From positions 11,934,834-11,998,833 of the forward strand of contig OZ316899.1 of assembly GCA_973895155.1 (NCBI GenBank): a stretch of 64,000 nucleotides of DNA. Reading direction: 5' to 3'. How positions within the stretch are numbered: position 1 is the stretch's first letter; every line of letters starts with the position of its first letter. Of the stretch, positions 1 to 11,368 are shown piece after piece. The translations under genes were made by a program, and so were the position numbers. The notes beneath the pieces are model-generated. The model did no database searches, had not been told where the DNA came from, and saw only the letters and a program-made list of their open reading frames with translations. The DNA comes from Marsupella aquatica. Taxonomy: Eukaryota; Plantae; Marchantiophyta.

Positions 1-1307
1 GGTTGCATAGGAGAAGGTCGTCGCTTCTTATGGGAGTGACGTTCACGCTGAGGTGAGTACCTCTCTCTTTTGTCTGCCCTTGCATCTCCCTCTGTTCTTC
101 TTCTTTTGTATCTGCTTCTACTATGTGTATCTACATCTCTATGCTCCTTCCCTTTCCCCTTTTGTCTTCTCTCATCAAGGCTGCTATTGCTGCTGTGTGG
201 TCTATCACGATGCCTCCTCTGCCTGCGAGAGTCCCGATCCTAATCAGGCTGGAATCTGTCATGTGCTACCCTGACCACGCTCTTGATTGGGGTCCCACTA
301 GGTGCCTGAGAATCAGGCTGCATTCCACTGAAGGCAGGATTGTCCCGCCCATCATTTGGTAGGGACAGGAAGGAGTTGAGAGCATCAATCGAAGGCCCCC
401 AACCTCCCCCAAGAGCGTTGCATCTTGTCACGTCGTTAGCCTAGGCCTTAACCCAGCTTTGGGTTGGACAGGCACATCCTTTGTGAATATGAGGGTTCGG
501 GCAGGGAGGGACGCACGGAATGGTCCTAATTCACGTAAACTAGCGCTAAGTGCGCTTACTGTTATGTACAGACACCTCCTAGGTATAGTTTGTGTTCCAC
601 CGCCAAAACGTACCTTAGTCAACATGGGGTCAACCCTGGCTCACGGACTTCTAAGCCTTCGTGTTACCGCCTTCGATCCGGATCCGTTAGTACAAGAGCT
701 CAACCCGGGCTCGCAAGCCCGTACCCGTATCCTGCACCCCGTGCACAGTTGGCATAACGTGTTTGGCCCGGCATTGATACTTGCACACGAGACTCATACA
801 TGCATACATACATAACAGAAATCTCGATTTACACGAAGGAATTAAGGAGAAAGGATTTCATTCATTTATGATCATACACTTTACAATTGGTTGACCCAAC
901 ACCTCCTGAACGATCGGGCCCAAGGCTGAGGAGTATACACTACAACAGAGCTCGGCTCCGCACTTGCCCAACAAGCTTAGTCGTATACCCTCCCCTTGGT
1001 ACTCCGATACTTCACCTAGTTTGGGACTCCCCGTGCATACTGCGAATGGCCAACTTCCGAGTCTAAAATCCCCCTCCCTAACCTCTACTAGGGGGGCCGC
1101 TAAATACTAAGGGTTGAGGACCGGCCTGGCCTCGTGCCCAAATCTACGCTAACTTATATCCCTACTAAGCTGGTGCCTGCTTGTCCTATTAGTCTAACCT
1201 ATTCTACATAGGCTGGCTAATGTGTCAGCGCCGCTATCTTCTGGCCGGCACTTGTCCTACTAGCCTATTTTAGCTACTCCTAAGTCTATTCTAAGCCTAA
1301 CCCTCTG

Positions 1308-3467
1308 CTAATGTCTGGTGCGCTTGCCAGAGCCGTCCAAGTGGGAGCGGCCATCCCGCTGCCTACAGAGTCTGTCGTTGTCCGCCTTGAGGAGCTGGAC
1401 TTGGTCCAACAGAGATTTGTTTTCTCGCTTCGCCTCGTCCGTCTCCTCAGCTGCCTCTTGGCATGCCTCTTCCAGTTGCTGGGCGTTGCTTGTCAGCTTG
1501 TCCACCACCTGGGTCTGTTTCTTGGCTTTGGCTTGAAGCCGTGCCACTTTGGCCTGTAGGGTGGCAATCTCCGCAGTGTCACATTGGGCTCGCTCTTCGG
1601 CCTCCTCTAGGTCTTTATGCCAAATGATAGTTTGGTTCTTCAAATTGTCAACCTGAGTCCGGAGCGTGCAATCTCGGCCTCCTTCCCGGCTTTGGCTTGT
1701 TTGGCCAAGGCGGTAAGGGCATGCACATTTGCTAACAACTCATCAACGACTACAACCTTGGGTCGTAGTTGTAGAAGCTCAGCCTCTTGAGCTGCAACTT
1801 CATCCTTTAGGTACACGGATTCAACCTGGTACCGCTCTATCCGCTGAAGGGCCTCCAACTAAGCCTGACCTGCTTTTACTGCGGTAACCAACTCTTGATT
1901 GAAGAAGTAGGCTACCTTCCAAGCCATGAACTCCCCGGTATCCCGAGCTATCTGTTGGGAGAAATCTCCCAAAAGCCCATTTAGAAATATACCCGGTACG
2001 AAGAGTTCCGGGTGGTCTAGGTTATGCCCGTCTGGAGTTGGGCACGGGCAGACGTTAACTCGCGTGGGAGCCGGGGTAGTGACATCCAGCCCTGGGGATG
2101 TAGTGTTGGAAGGGGCTGGAGTGTCCTCCTCCACCATTGGGCCGTCCTCTGGAATAGCCACTGGTGGGTCTTTTGGACCTTCGGGCTCGGGCAAGGCCTC
2201 CACCACCCCGACTTCTGCACCAAGCCTGGCCTTGTTGATCGCTTCTAAGGTTACGATCACTGCCTCTTCCGGTACTTCTTCGGCCACGGCTACCGCTACC
2301 TATGGAGGTTGGATGGGTGAGGCCTGCGTCGCCGCCGGACTTCGGGCCTCGGGTTGAGGCCGTCTCTCCAAGGCCGGGAAGATCCACTTAGTTGGGACCA
2401 ACTTAGTTACGTTGACCCGGGGGAGGGTTCGTCAATCAAACCAAGCGTACCACTTGAGAATGATCTCGATGTGGCTCGCAAAATATGCCTTCCCGCCAAT
2501 GTATAGTGACTTCTTTTGCCGCTCCATCTCTTCATGGAACTTCTTAGCAAACTACGAAGCCCACTTCCTAGGTCGATAGTTCTCAACCTGGATAACTTGG
2601 GCAGCGGAGATCTCGCCCCGGGGTTCCATCATGTGGAGGGCGTACCTTTGGAACTCCAGCCGCTCAGCTATCTCGGTGATGAGGCAGGTCCTCATCACGA
2701 ACCCGTTGTCCACTGACCCCTTGGAGGGAAAACTCAAAGATTGGTACTTAGCTCCCTTGCCCCCGGGAGCCCGTGATTTGACTTGGTGATCGCCTTTGGG
2801 TAGCCCGAAGATCATCCTGAGCCGTTCCTCTATGAGGGACATATTCCTCCCCCGGAGCCAAGTATGCTGACGGACGTCGTCATAATTCTTGATGAACTCC
2901 GTCATGTCCTCCCCGTAGTATCGGCAGGTGTTCTAGGGGAGAGAGGCGAGGTGCTCCAACCCCTGAGTCTTCAAGTACACCGCATGTTTGGGGTGGAGGA
3001 TGTTCTTATGCACGTTTTCCCCCATGCGGTGCATTGTTACCTTGGCCGCAGCTACCGTGGCCATGGGTAGCCTAGATATAGCTACCGGTTCCTTCCTCTT
3101 CCTTCCCCAAGACTGGCTCGGGGAAGGTGACACCTCCCCATCCTCTCGATCGGGTGTAGGTAGTGCCACCGCCATTAGTATTGGGGCCAGGGCGGCTACG
3201 GTCATCGTGTTGTCCGTTGGAGCCACTACTTTGGTCCGGGCCTGGGGAAGGGGCGATGTAGTGTCGGCTCCCTGGGTACTTACTCCTCTAGGCTGCCTGA
3301 GCAGGGGTAAGGTAGCCTCTTTGTCGTCACTGAGGTCCACAGCGTTGATGACGGATCTCACCTGTAGGGGCGGGGGTTGGCTAAGTTGAGGCGGAGCCTG
3401 AGCCTAAGCTGGTGCTGGTGCGGGCATGGCTAGGCTGGCACCGGTGGTTGATGGTGTGGTTGCCATG
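1308..3467 (-). pseudogene. About 720-aa retroelement accessory ORF: Pro/Ala-rich N-terminus, putative plant-transposon-protein-like domain, C-terminal coiled coil
   Basis: ORF-track pieces 3404-3736, 2933-3361, 2552-2905, 1859-2287 and 1640-1858 share one frame, separated by in-frame TAG/TGA stops; one frameshift near 1643. Motif FIKNYDD..LRGRNMSL..RLRMIFGLPKG resembles Athila/Tat extra-ORF domains. Confidence 0.6.
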
Positions 3468-3578
3468 AAATTTTGTAGGTGCCGATAGAGGTTTTCTGAT
3501 GCAAGTGTAGGCGCCCTTGTAGATTGGGTAGCGTTGGACTCACTGTTGATGATGTCCCAGACTCGAGCAAGAATGTGG

Positions 3579-3908
3579 TCAAAGTGGTGCCGCTGTAAGT
3601 CGATCGTGCCCGGGATTGAAGACCTCGTCCGGGAGCCAAAGCAATGCCTCCCAGAAGCCGATATATTTCCCTCCGTCAAAGAAGTACCCTGATATTTCTT
3701 CGGGTCGGTAAAGCTCACTCTGGGACGGGTAATCAAAGTTAAGGAGATAGTGATGGCGGCCTGCTAGGCGGATGGCTCTCTTGTACGCGCGTTCGATCTT
3801 GTATTGTCGCGGGTTGGCGTGTTTCAACAAGTCGGCCAAGTGCCCTACGATAGACAAGAACTGCATCCAAAATCGTATGGCCAAATTGGAAAGGATCGTG
3901 TACGACAT
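3579..3908 (-). CDS. 109-aa hypothetical ORF just downstream of the TATA box in the LTR-like unit
   Basis: Open ATG-started ORF about 100 bp downstream of TATAAAAA; no recognisable domain. Confidence 0.3.
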   Translation of the reverse strand: MSYTILSNLAIRFWMQFLSIVGHLADLLKHANPRQYKIERAYKRAIRLAGRHHYLLNFDYPSQSELYRPEEISGYFFDGGKYIGFWEALLWLPDEVFNPGHDRLTAAPL

Positions 3909-4006
3909 TCAGAGGAGATGGAAGGCGACTAAGGATAAGCAAGAGAACTAGGGTCGAAGCTGGCGCGTGGTTTGAAGAACTGGTGCACTGCAAAGGATCG
4001 GCCCCC

Positions 4007-4014
4007 TTTTTATA
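4007..4014 (-). promoter_or_regulatory. TATA box of the LTR-like unit
   Basis: Minus strand reads GGGTATAAAAAGGGGGC, about 360 bp inside the right terminus and upstream of the minus-strand ORFs. Confidence 0.5.
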
Positions 4015-4373
4015 CCCTGAGAGCTCGTCAATTGCTCGTCGCCTCCTCGTTGCTTATAGGCTGAGACTTTCACGCTTGTAGTGTACCGGCCACTCTGCCA
4101 ATCCGGGTCAGCACGTGTCAGTGGCCGCCTCCCGAAATTTGTTATACGGACCCGAGGGGAAAGAGTGGAGGGCCCATTACACATTCGCAACCCGGGCGTG
4201 CAAAATGGCGACCCGCTGCCAGCCCGAACACAAACGTCCCTTATTGACTAATGATTTCCTACTCATAATGGCTACCTAAATATTGTCGTTATGCTAATAA
4301 TTATGGCCTAAGATACCCCCAACGCGCGTGTTAGACCGAATCACTCATTACCCATTGTACCGGCGGTGTCACA

Positions 4374-4626
4374 CATCTTCAATTTCCACGTAATCATTGA
4401 GGGCAGGAGCATTGGCCTCTATATTTTCCAGGTACTCCAAAAACTGAGACTCCTTGCTTCCTTTTCCTCCCAAGAACTTCCAACTCTGGTTGAAAGCATG
4501 TATCAGCAAATGTGTCGATAGCATAGCTAAACACACCTTTTCTAACTCGCCTGGATCATCCATAGCCACCAAGTCTGCATCAAAATCTCCACTGGAAGGG
4601 AGATAGCTTGGATGAGCCATAGTCAT
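4374..4626 (-). pseudogene. 5' part of a CACTA cargo ORF split by the 426-4373 insertion; continues, decayed, below position 420
   Basis: ORF MAHPSYLPSSGDFDADL...EIED rejoins across the TSD into ATLLGRLGAFD*, followed by many stops. Product unknown. Confidence 0.35.
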
Positions 4627-5044
4627 TCACTGTTAAGATAGGAGGTCAAGAGGGGGAGAGAAGAAGTGTTGAATGTTGAATGTGAGTCACATTCGAGTCA
4701 CGACCCGATGTTTAGTTAAAGGAAAACAGCTAGCCGCAGCCCAGGACCTTGGAGACCCGCCGTTACCCTAATTTAACGTTGCCACTTATAACGTTAACTA
4801 GGGGTGTAGGGTTTAGGGATGACGTTACCCCTATTATCGTCCTACAAAACAACGTTAACTGATTAAATATGTAGTACAAAACTACGTTAATTAAATTCAG
4901 CAATTCACCCGCAACCTCAAAGACGACGTTAATTGGTGAAGAACGTCATGTGGCTAAACGCTATTTGGGTTAACATTGCGGGATACGTTGATGCTTGGGG
5001 TTTAATATGTTGTGGGGGCCTTTGTAAAATTTCTCACAGGGGAC

Positions 5045-6578
5045 ATGGCAACCTATGCATCGGACCATGATGGGGGCAGGCATTGTCGGCACAGATACCA
5101 TCATCATCATAGGGGGACATACAAATCGTCGGATAGGGGAAGGGATGACTTGTCTGACGATGACGATGAGCATGGTGGTAGTTCTCACCAACACAGACAC
5201 CATCATCGGCATAGGGGGAGTTCAGCTTCATCGGGCTATAGGAGCAATGACGAGCGGCGGAGGAGGAGGGATGACGAGGGAGTGAGGAGGAGGGATGACT
5301 CATCCTATGAGGACCATGGTGGGGGTACTTACACCCGACGCAGAGACAACCATCATCATAGGGGGAGAAACGACCTGTCGGACCGGGAGAGAGATTACTC
5401 ACCAGACATGTATGATCAATGTAGGCATCACCGATCCAGGCGTCATCAATGTAGACATCGTTCCGAGGGTAGGATGGGCTGGAGCCCCCATTGTGCGGGT
5501 GGATTTGGAGAGGCCATGGCTGCTCTTCAGGGGATTGGGCCAATTCGCAAGATGCCCCTTGCCCTTGCAGACGATGCAAGGGTGTTGTCTTACATGAGAG
5601 GACCACTGTCCTCAGCCATTTAGGGATCCATGGTCGTTACATCCCCCCGACCCGAGAGGTAATACAATTTTATTGGGTATTGCAATTATGATAACATCTC
5701 CTTCCTTGAATTATTTTTTGATTGTCATATTCTAAACTTGTTTTGGTGAACATGTGGAACAGATTCCTGTTGTAGTGCGATCTTTGCCTGTGGACCGCTT
5801 GAGAGACATTGCATGTTGTGCGCTCGCACCACTCGTCCATCCATCCGCATTGCCAGCCACATTGAGGGCAATAGACCGTGTATTTTGTAGGAGGAGAGTG
5901 TTTAGGATGCACCCTATTGAGAGGGGAGTAGTGGTGACCACTAGACCCCGATCGATTGACTCTCGTCCACCTAGGATTGTTCCGCCCCGATGCCCTTTTC
6001 TTGATGCATCGGTGTCCCGGGCACCAAGAGAGTTGCGAGGGAGAGCCTTGGACATCTTAAAGGACTCCTTCCTAGCCCAATTTGGACTCCCTATGGACCT
6101 CCCGCTTCAGGAGCCTATTATAGTTTGGGACCACCCATGGGTCATCCTCCCCTCCACATTGGGGACTCATGTAGGACTTGGAGTATTTGCTCTTGTGGAT
6201 ATCGTGGTCCCTACCGGTTGTGCACCCGGTGATTTGCCTTAGTTGTTTCCATTCTATGGGCCAAAGTATTCGGCGGCGAGATGGCGCATCTTGTCCCGAT
6301 AGTGTCCAACCTTTAGTCGATATGGCATGTCACTAAAGTTGGACCGTAGGTATGCTCAAATTGATGGTTACCTGCCTCGCACGGGGAACTTGGCGGGTTA
6401 CATCAACAACACTATTGGTTGTCGGCATTTAGGGTTTAGGCCAAACGTTGAGTGGCACAAGTACTATGACCATAGTCACCCTCGTTTGCCTGTAGCATGC
6501 ACGCATTACATCTTGACACATGCTACCCACACCATTAGAGCAGGGGAAGAAATTCTTGTAGATTATGATTGGCATTGA
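5045..6578 (+). pseudogene. SET-domain (lysine methyltransferase-like) gene carried by the CACTA; Arg/Asp/His-rich N-terminus; probable intron at about 5659-5763
   Basis: In-frame read-through from about 6143 to 6578: ILPSTLGTHVGLGVFALVDI...*LFPFYGP...*..YGMSL..IDG..GNLAGYINN...PNVEW...THATHTIRAGEEILVDY. This matches the SET motifs GxG, GNxAxxINH and IxAGEELxxDY. Two TAG stops (6240, 6300). Confidence 0.75.
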
Positions 6579-6747
6579 TGTTTACATGTGTACATGACAT
6601 ATTCATTATGGGGTGACCCTTGCATTTTTCATTATTGATGTTTCATTGTAAGCTTTATCACGGAAACCCTTTCTCTAATTGTGATATGTCATTGCATATT
6701 GAGAACTCTAGGATGGTGTACATATTACTCCCACACCTCACCCATCA

Positions 6748-7161
6748 ATGGTGACTACATCAGCCTGTGCCTTTCACGTACGTGCCACCTTAAATTTCTC
6801 AGACGAGGAGGATGCTGAGGGTCATCCCCTTGACCATGATGAGATGGACAATCAGAATGAGGAGTACCATGATGCATATGATGGAGAGTTGGATGATGAT
6901 GGAGAGTTGGATGATGATGTTGACGATGAGGGAGACGAGGGAGATGACCCTATCCTTGAAGAAGATGCCTTTTCCCACCTTGTTGACGTTCACTTTGGAC
7001 CTCATGCACCTGACGCCGAGCACCCTATCATGGAAGTGGCCTGGATCAAGAAGATTGGGATCACTTGGAAACTGAAGCCAAAATACCACTATTTGAGGGA
7101 TCTCCATCCTCATGGTAAGGTTGTCCTTAAAGTATCACAACTCTGGAATTTCATCCATTGA
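6748..7161 (+). pseudogene. Acidic (D/E-rich) hypothetical CACTA cargo ORF fragment
   Basis: 137-aa ORF with a D/E tract followed by a basic/aromatic segment; no domain recognised. Confidence 0.3.
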
Positions 7162-7632
7162 ATATTGGGCAGTCTAAGTTGTAGTGCCAGGCATGCCATC
7201 TAGCTACCCAGACTAATTGCAAAAAGTCTGGTTTTTGTGGTTTTGCAAATACAGGTTGGGTGCAACTTTGTTGATGTTGAATTTGCAAGGAGTTTTCAAT
7301 GGTTTGGATGGCCATACAGATGCACTCTTCCAATTGTTCCACACCAAACTCTTGCCCCAACCAAACACTCTCCCTAGATGTGTGAGGGAGGCTAAGTAAG
7401 AAGTTGTTAGCCTCAATTGGATTAAACTATATCCGCGCGACGTTAATGACAGTGGTGACATTAATTGGCACATGCATTCAAAGTGAAAAACATGAGGGAG
7501 TCTTTATTCAGATTAAGTATGATACAGAGATACAAAGGTCCTAGAAAGCACATTGCATGTCCACCACAAAGCGACTCTAACCTAGCCAAATCACTAAACT
7601 CCCTCATCCGCTGACTTCCAGATTGTTGCTAC

Positions 7633-8410
7633 TTAAGGAGTTCCTTCACCAGACCAGTAGTACTCCTCATCTGCCTTCCTTGTTTTGTACGAATCACGCC
7701 TCTGCCTCTGGTTCCATTTCTTCCGGACGACCTCTTCCCCAGCCTTTAGCCTTTCAACCTCAACCTCAGTTGCACAACTTTCCTTGTAATCATACAAGAC
7801 AATGTGAAGCTCAGTCGGAGACAACTCACATTTGGGCAATGTAGGTGGATATGCCTCCCCATCATCTGGGTTGGGTGACTCATCCAACATCTCATCATCA
7901 CCTGGGTGCAGCAAGAAGTCTCCTGGATCCAACTGTTTGTTGGCTAGAATTGAGCACTCTACCCAATGGATAAAAATGAAATGAACTGTCTCTGCAAAGT
8001 GCTTGATCAATCCATGGTAGTCACTGAAGTGCTCAACAACTTCTTTCCACGTATAGGCTAGCAAGTAGTCTGAATCTGAGGTACACAACTTCTCGATAAT
8101 GCCTCCCCGACAAAAGAACTCGCAAAAGTACCCACGGACAGTCTTGTCCTCTTCACCAAGTGGAAGGAAGCAACAATGCACATCCTTGAAGAACTTGTGC
8201 ACCATGATTGAACACTAAGTCTATCCCACACTGCAATTTCTCTATACTCAGGAAGAGTGCATTCTCCAAAAATCACAAATGCAAGCCTACTTTGGTCTCA
8301 GCAGTCTTAAACCAAAATCCTCCCATAGAAAACCCAAGCTATACTGGAGTCAGCATGGACTATTCCTCATTCAAGTCGTCCAGACCAATCTACTTGACGT
8401 CTAACATGGC
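7633..8410 (-). pseudogene. Hypothetical CACTA cargo ORF, frameshifted
   Basis: Overlapping ORFs 8058-8276 and 7633-8205 have protein-like composition; no domain recognised. Confidence 0.3.
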
Positions 8411-8749
8411 TTGGTTCATCTGAAACGTCCTACAGAACAACGTCACGTTGTTTACGACTTCTTCTACAACGTAAATATTAACAACGTGACATTCTACACA
8501 AATCACATCCTCTCCTACGTCGTTAATAACAAACAACTTTCAAAACAACGTTCATGAAAGCTCATCCAGCAACGTTAAGTTTAACAGTGTTTCAAACAAC
8601 ATTAACTTGGAGCAATTGGCGCTTAGATTTCTACGACGTCTTAGTTACGTCGGATGTAGTTGTAAACATAGTCATGGTAGTTGTTAATGATGGTAACGAC
8701 GATTATCAGCAGGTATTGTTAGCATCCGACGCAACAAAATCTAGTAGTG

Positions 8750-9400
8750 TACCGAGGCTGAGTACATGGCTGCTTGCAAGGCAACCAAGGAGTTGATCTA
8801 GCTACAAAGATTGGTGAGTGATTTGGATCTTTCACCTGAAAGACTGGTGCTGTTGTGTGATAGTCAAAGTGCTTTGCATCTTGCTAAGAACTCTGTGTTC
8901 CATGCTAGGACAAAACACATTGATATTTGTTATCACTTCATCCGTGAGGTGATTGAGACAAAGCAGATGTTTCTGGAGAAGGTGGCTTCAGAGGAGAATG
9001 CGGCAGACATGCTTACCAAAGTTTTACCTACCAATAGCTTTAGTTATTGTGTGGATATAATTAATGTTAGGGCCAAACCGGAGACTATGTAGATATGTTA
9101 CTTAGTTATATATTGTATATCACCTGACTCATTGTGTGAACTAGAGTCAAGGTGGAGATTGTTATGAATTGACTTGAGTTCCCGACTATAGTTAGTTTGG
9201 CCTTACTAGGGTTAATTGACCCTTGGTTAGTTTAGGATAAGATCCACTTATTTAGGCCCACACATCTTAGTTCCCCTTGGGGGGTATAGGTTGGAGGGAG
9301 AGCATTCTCTCCCTCATTCTTCACATGTTCAATCTCATGAGCTATGGATCCTTCAGGAGTTTCTCCATGATCGTGGTGTCTTGTTGGTGCAGTGTGAGAT
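8750..9400 (+). mobile_element. Ty1/Copia 3' remnant: RNase H, polypurine tract and start of the 3' LTR (TG at 9160); LTR end not resolved
   Basis: TEAEYMA..., CDSQSALHLAKNSVFHARTKHIDICYHFIRE...NAADMLTK; PPT CAAGGTGGAGAT followed by TGTTATG. Confidence 0.9.
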
Positions 9401-9454
9401 TGAGCGCTCTCATGTTCCGCATTGCTGTCTAGTCTGGAGCTGGCGGTTTTGCTA

Positions 9455-9780
9455 CACAATTGCTACTCATAAGACAACATGCACATGTGCAACATCCAAC
9501 AAACACACAAGTAGTTCATACAAGAGATACATGGTTTATCTCTCTAGAGTTTACATTCATGGAACCCCGCATGGAACACATGAGAGCTTACAAAACTCTA
9601 AGTCCATTGACCATATTGAGTTTTCATATATAATTAAGCGGCTCCATAACAATGAGCCTAACTTAACCTGCTAGTGAATGTGGTAGTAATACATCTATCC
9701 TCACTTAACCAAGCACTTGACTACGGTTAGACTAACATCGGTGACATAGTAACTCTAGACCTTAGAGTAAATGCCTAACA
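9455..9780 (-). repeat. Copia-type LTR copy (same family as 10700-11027 and 20130-20477)
   Basis: Shared blocks AACCAAGCACTTGACTACGGTTAG and AGAGTAAATGCCTAACA. The 20130-20477 copy abuts a Copia PPT. Boundaries approximate. Confidence 0.55.
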
Positions 9781-9897
9781 TTGAGGCAAGTAGTTAGGAA
9801 ACATTTGAACGTCAATGGTTGACATTTTTTTTCAAGTTCCTCTTGTCATCATTTCCATTTACTTTCAAAGAATGGGCAGTCAAGCTAGTAGTAGTAC

Positions 9898-10690
9898 TTT
9901 TTTTGGTTTTTTGTTTTTGTTGAACGAAGGGGGGCGCAGGGGCCGTCAATAACACGCAAGGGGGCGAAGGCCACCCAAGAAGGAAACAAACAGGGCCCAA
10001 CCCCCGGCAGAACACCAAACCACACACCACCGACTAGTCAGGCCAATTGGTTCTACTAGTCCACCACAATATTACCAGCCATCTCCTTGACGTTCATCTC
10101 CCAACCTTGTCTCTTTTTCTTGCTATTCCAATACTTCCTATTAGTCTTGTAAGAATTTTGTCAACATTTGATGCAGCTAGTCATCACGTACCAAGAACTA
10201 ATCCCCTTGTTCTGATGTCCAATATTGTTCCTATCCTCCTTGTCATCTCTTTCTGTCTTTCCTTTCTTTGTTGTCTCTGTTGCATCTGGTAATCTTCAGT
10301 CTTTGCCGTCATCCATGGTTAGTGCAATTGGTGTCTCTAAAGTCTTCCATGGTTCAAGAAGTACCTGGAGTTGGGAATAGCCAATCGCAGCTGCTTCCTT
10401 TTCCGCTCTGAGGTACTGACCTCAAGCATCGCTTGAAGGCTTTTCGCGGTTTGTCTAAGCACCACCCAGCCTGGCATTCTCCCCGGAAATTGAGAGTAAG
10501 TCATAGCATTCCTCTCCTTCCATATACTGTAGCACATCTCAGTAACCAAAACCATAATTCTTGGTTTAAGTGGCCAACGTGGATATCCATCCTCCCTGTC
10601 CTCAAGCTCAGGAAATTAATCTCAAGTAAAGATAAATGCCCCCCTGAAATTGAAAACCTAAGCTCTAGTGCACTTTTTGTTCCACTACGG
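9898..10690 (-). mobile_element. 5'-truncated LINE (L1-type): end of ORF2, 3' UTR and degenerate poly(A) tail
   Basis: ORF 10337-10555 has the plant L1 C-terminal motif CYSIWKERN; T-rich run at 9898-9921 is an A tail on the minus strand. Confidence 0.65.
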
Positions 10691-10699
10691 TGATGGCCA

Positions 10700-11027
10700 T
10701 GCTTTCATGTGCAAGTATCTAATGAACACACAAGTAGTTAACACAACAATATGCGGCTCATCTCACTAGAAACCTGTCCACAGAAACACACAAGAGAACT
10801 CTATTGAACTCTAAGTCAATCGTCCATACCAAATCTCTATAGACTAGGCTCTCCCTATGTCCTAAATGGCTCCACAACAATGAACCTAAGTCACACTCAC
10901 TAAATAAGTCTTGCCAGTGAATATAATAGTGACATATTTAACGTGAACCAAGTATTTGATTATGGTTGGACTAACTGCCGTTATAATGTTATATAGTAAC
11001 TCTCAACCCAAGAATTAATGCCTAATG
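10700..11027 (-). repeat. Copia-type LTR copy, degenerate
   Basis: Similar to 9455-9780 (ACACACAAGTAGTT, GGCTCCACAACAATGAACCTAA, AACCAAGTATTTGATTATGGTTGG). Boundaries approximate. Confidence 0.5.
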
Positions 11028-11368
11028 CTTCCATTTGGGACAAAACACCAAAAAAGTGAATCATGTACTCAAAGTATTGTAATCTTGACAATTACCTTCT
11101 ACCCCATTTTGAGGGAGACAATTGAGAACTCTTGTGAGAAGGGATTTTTTTTAGAATCAATAAACTCTGATCAGAACCAGGCCCATGACCAAAGGTCACA
11201 ATAGACCAAACACTACGTAAATTACTGTTTTGACAACATTTTGTACAATACTTTTAACAATACACATAAAAACCATTACTTTGTACAAAACATCCGACAA
11301 TGCACATCAGAAATGAAAGTCTTGGGTCATTTTCAGGGCCCATAACAACACATGAAAAAATTTAGAGA

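Larger units (their letters stand above)
426..4373 (-). mobile_element. Large (3948 bp) solo-LTR-like insertion of a Ty3/Gypsy (Tat/Athila-like) family, containing coding sequence
   Basis: TGTCA...TCACA termini flanked by a 5-bp TSD CATCT (421-425 and 4374-4378). No internal terminal direct repeat seen. A diverged second copy starting with the same TGTCAC terminus lies at 23659-24739. Confidence 0.75.
1..8749. mobile_element. CACTA (En/Spm) element, right end at 8749, left end outside the window; carries several cargo ORFs; inserted into a Copia RNase H region
   Basis: Ends in CTAGTAGTG (reverse complement CACTACTAG) at 8741-8749, preceded by a cluster of ACGT-core subterminal repeats (about 8395-8660). 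Copia coding sequence (TEAEYMAAC...) resumes immediately after. Left boundary not visible, so the extent is inferred. Confidence 0.6.

Noticed and set aside
6427-6440. Telomere-like TTTAGGGTTTAGG inside the SET ORF
   Set aside because: Under two full units, frame-preserving, and there is no reference copy for comparison; may be chance.
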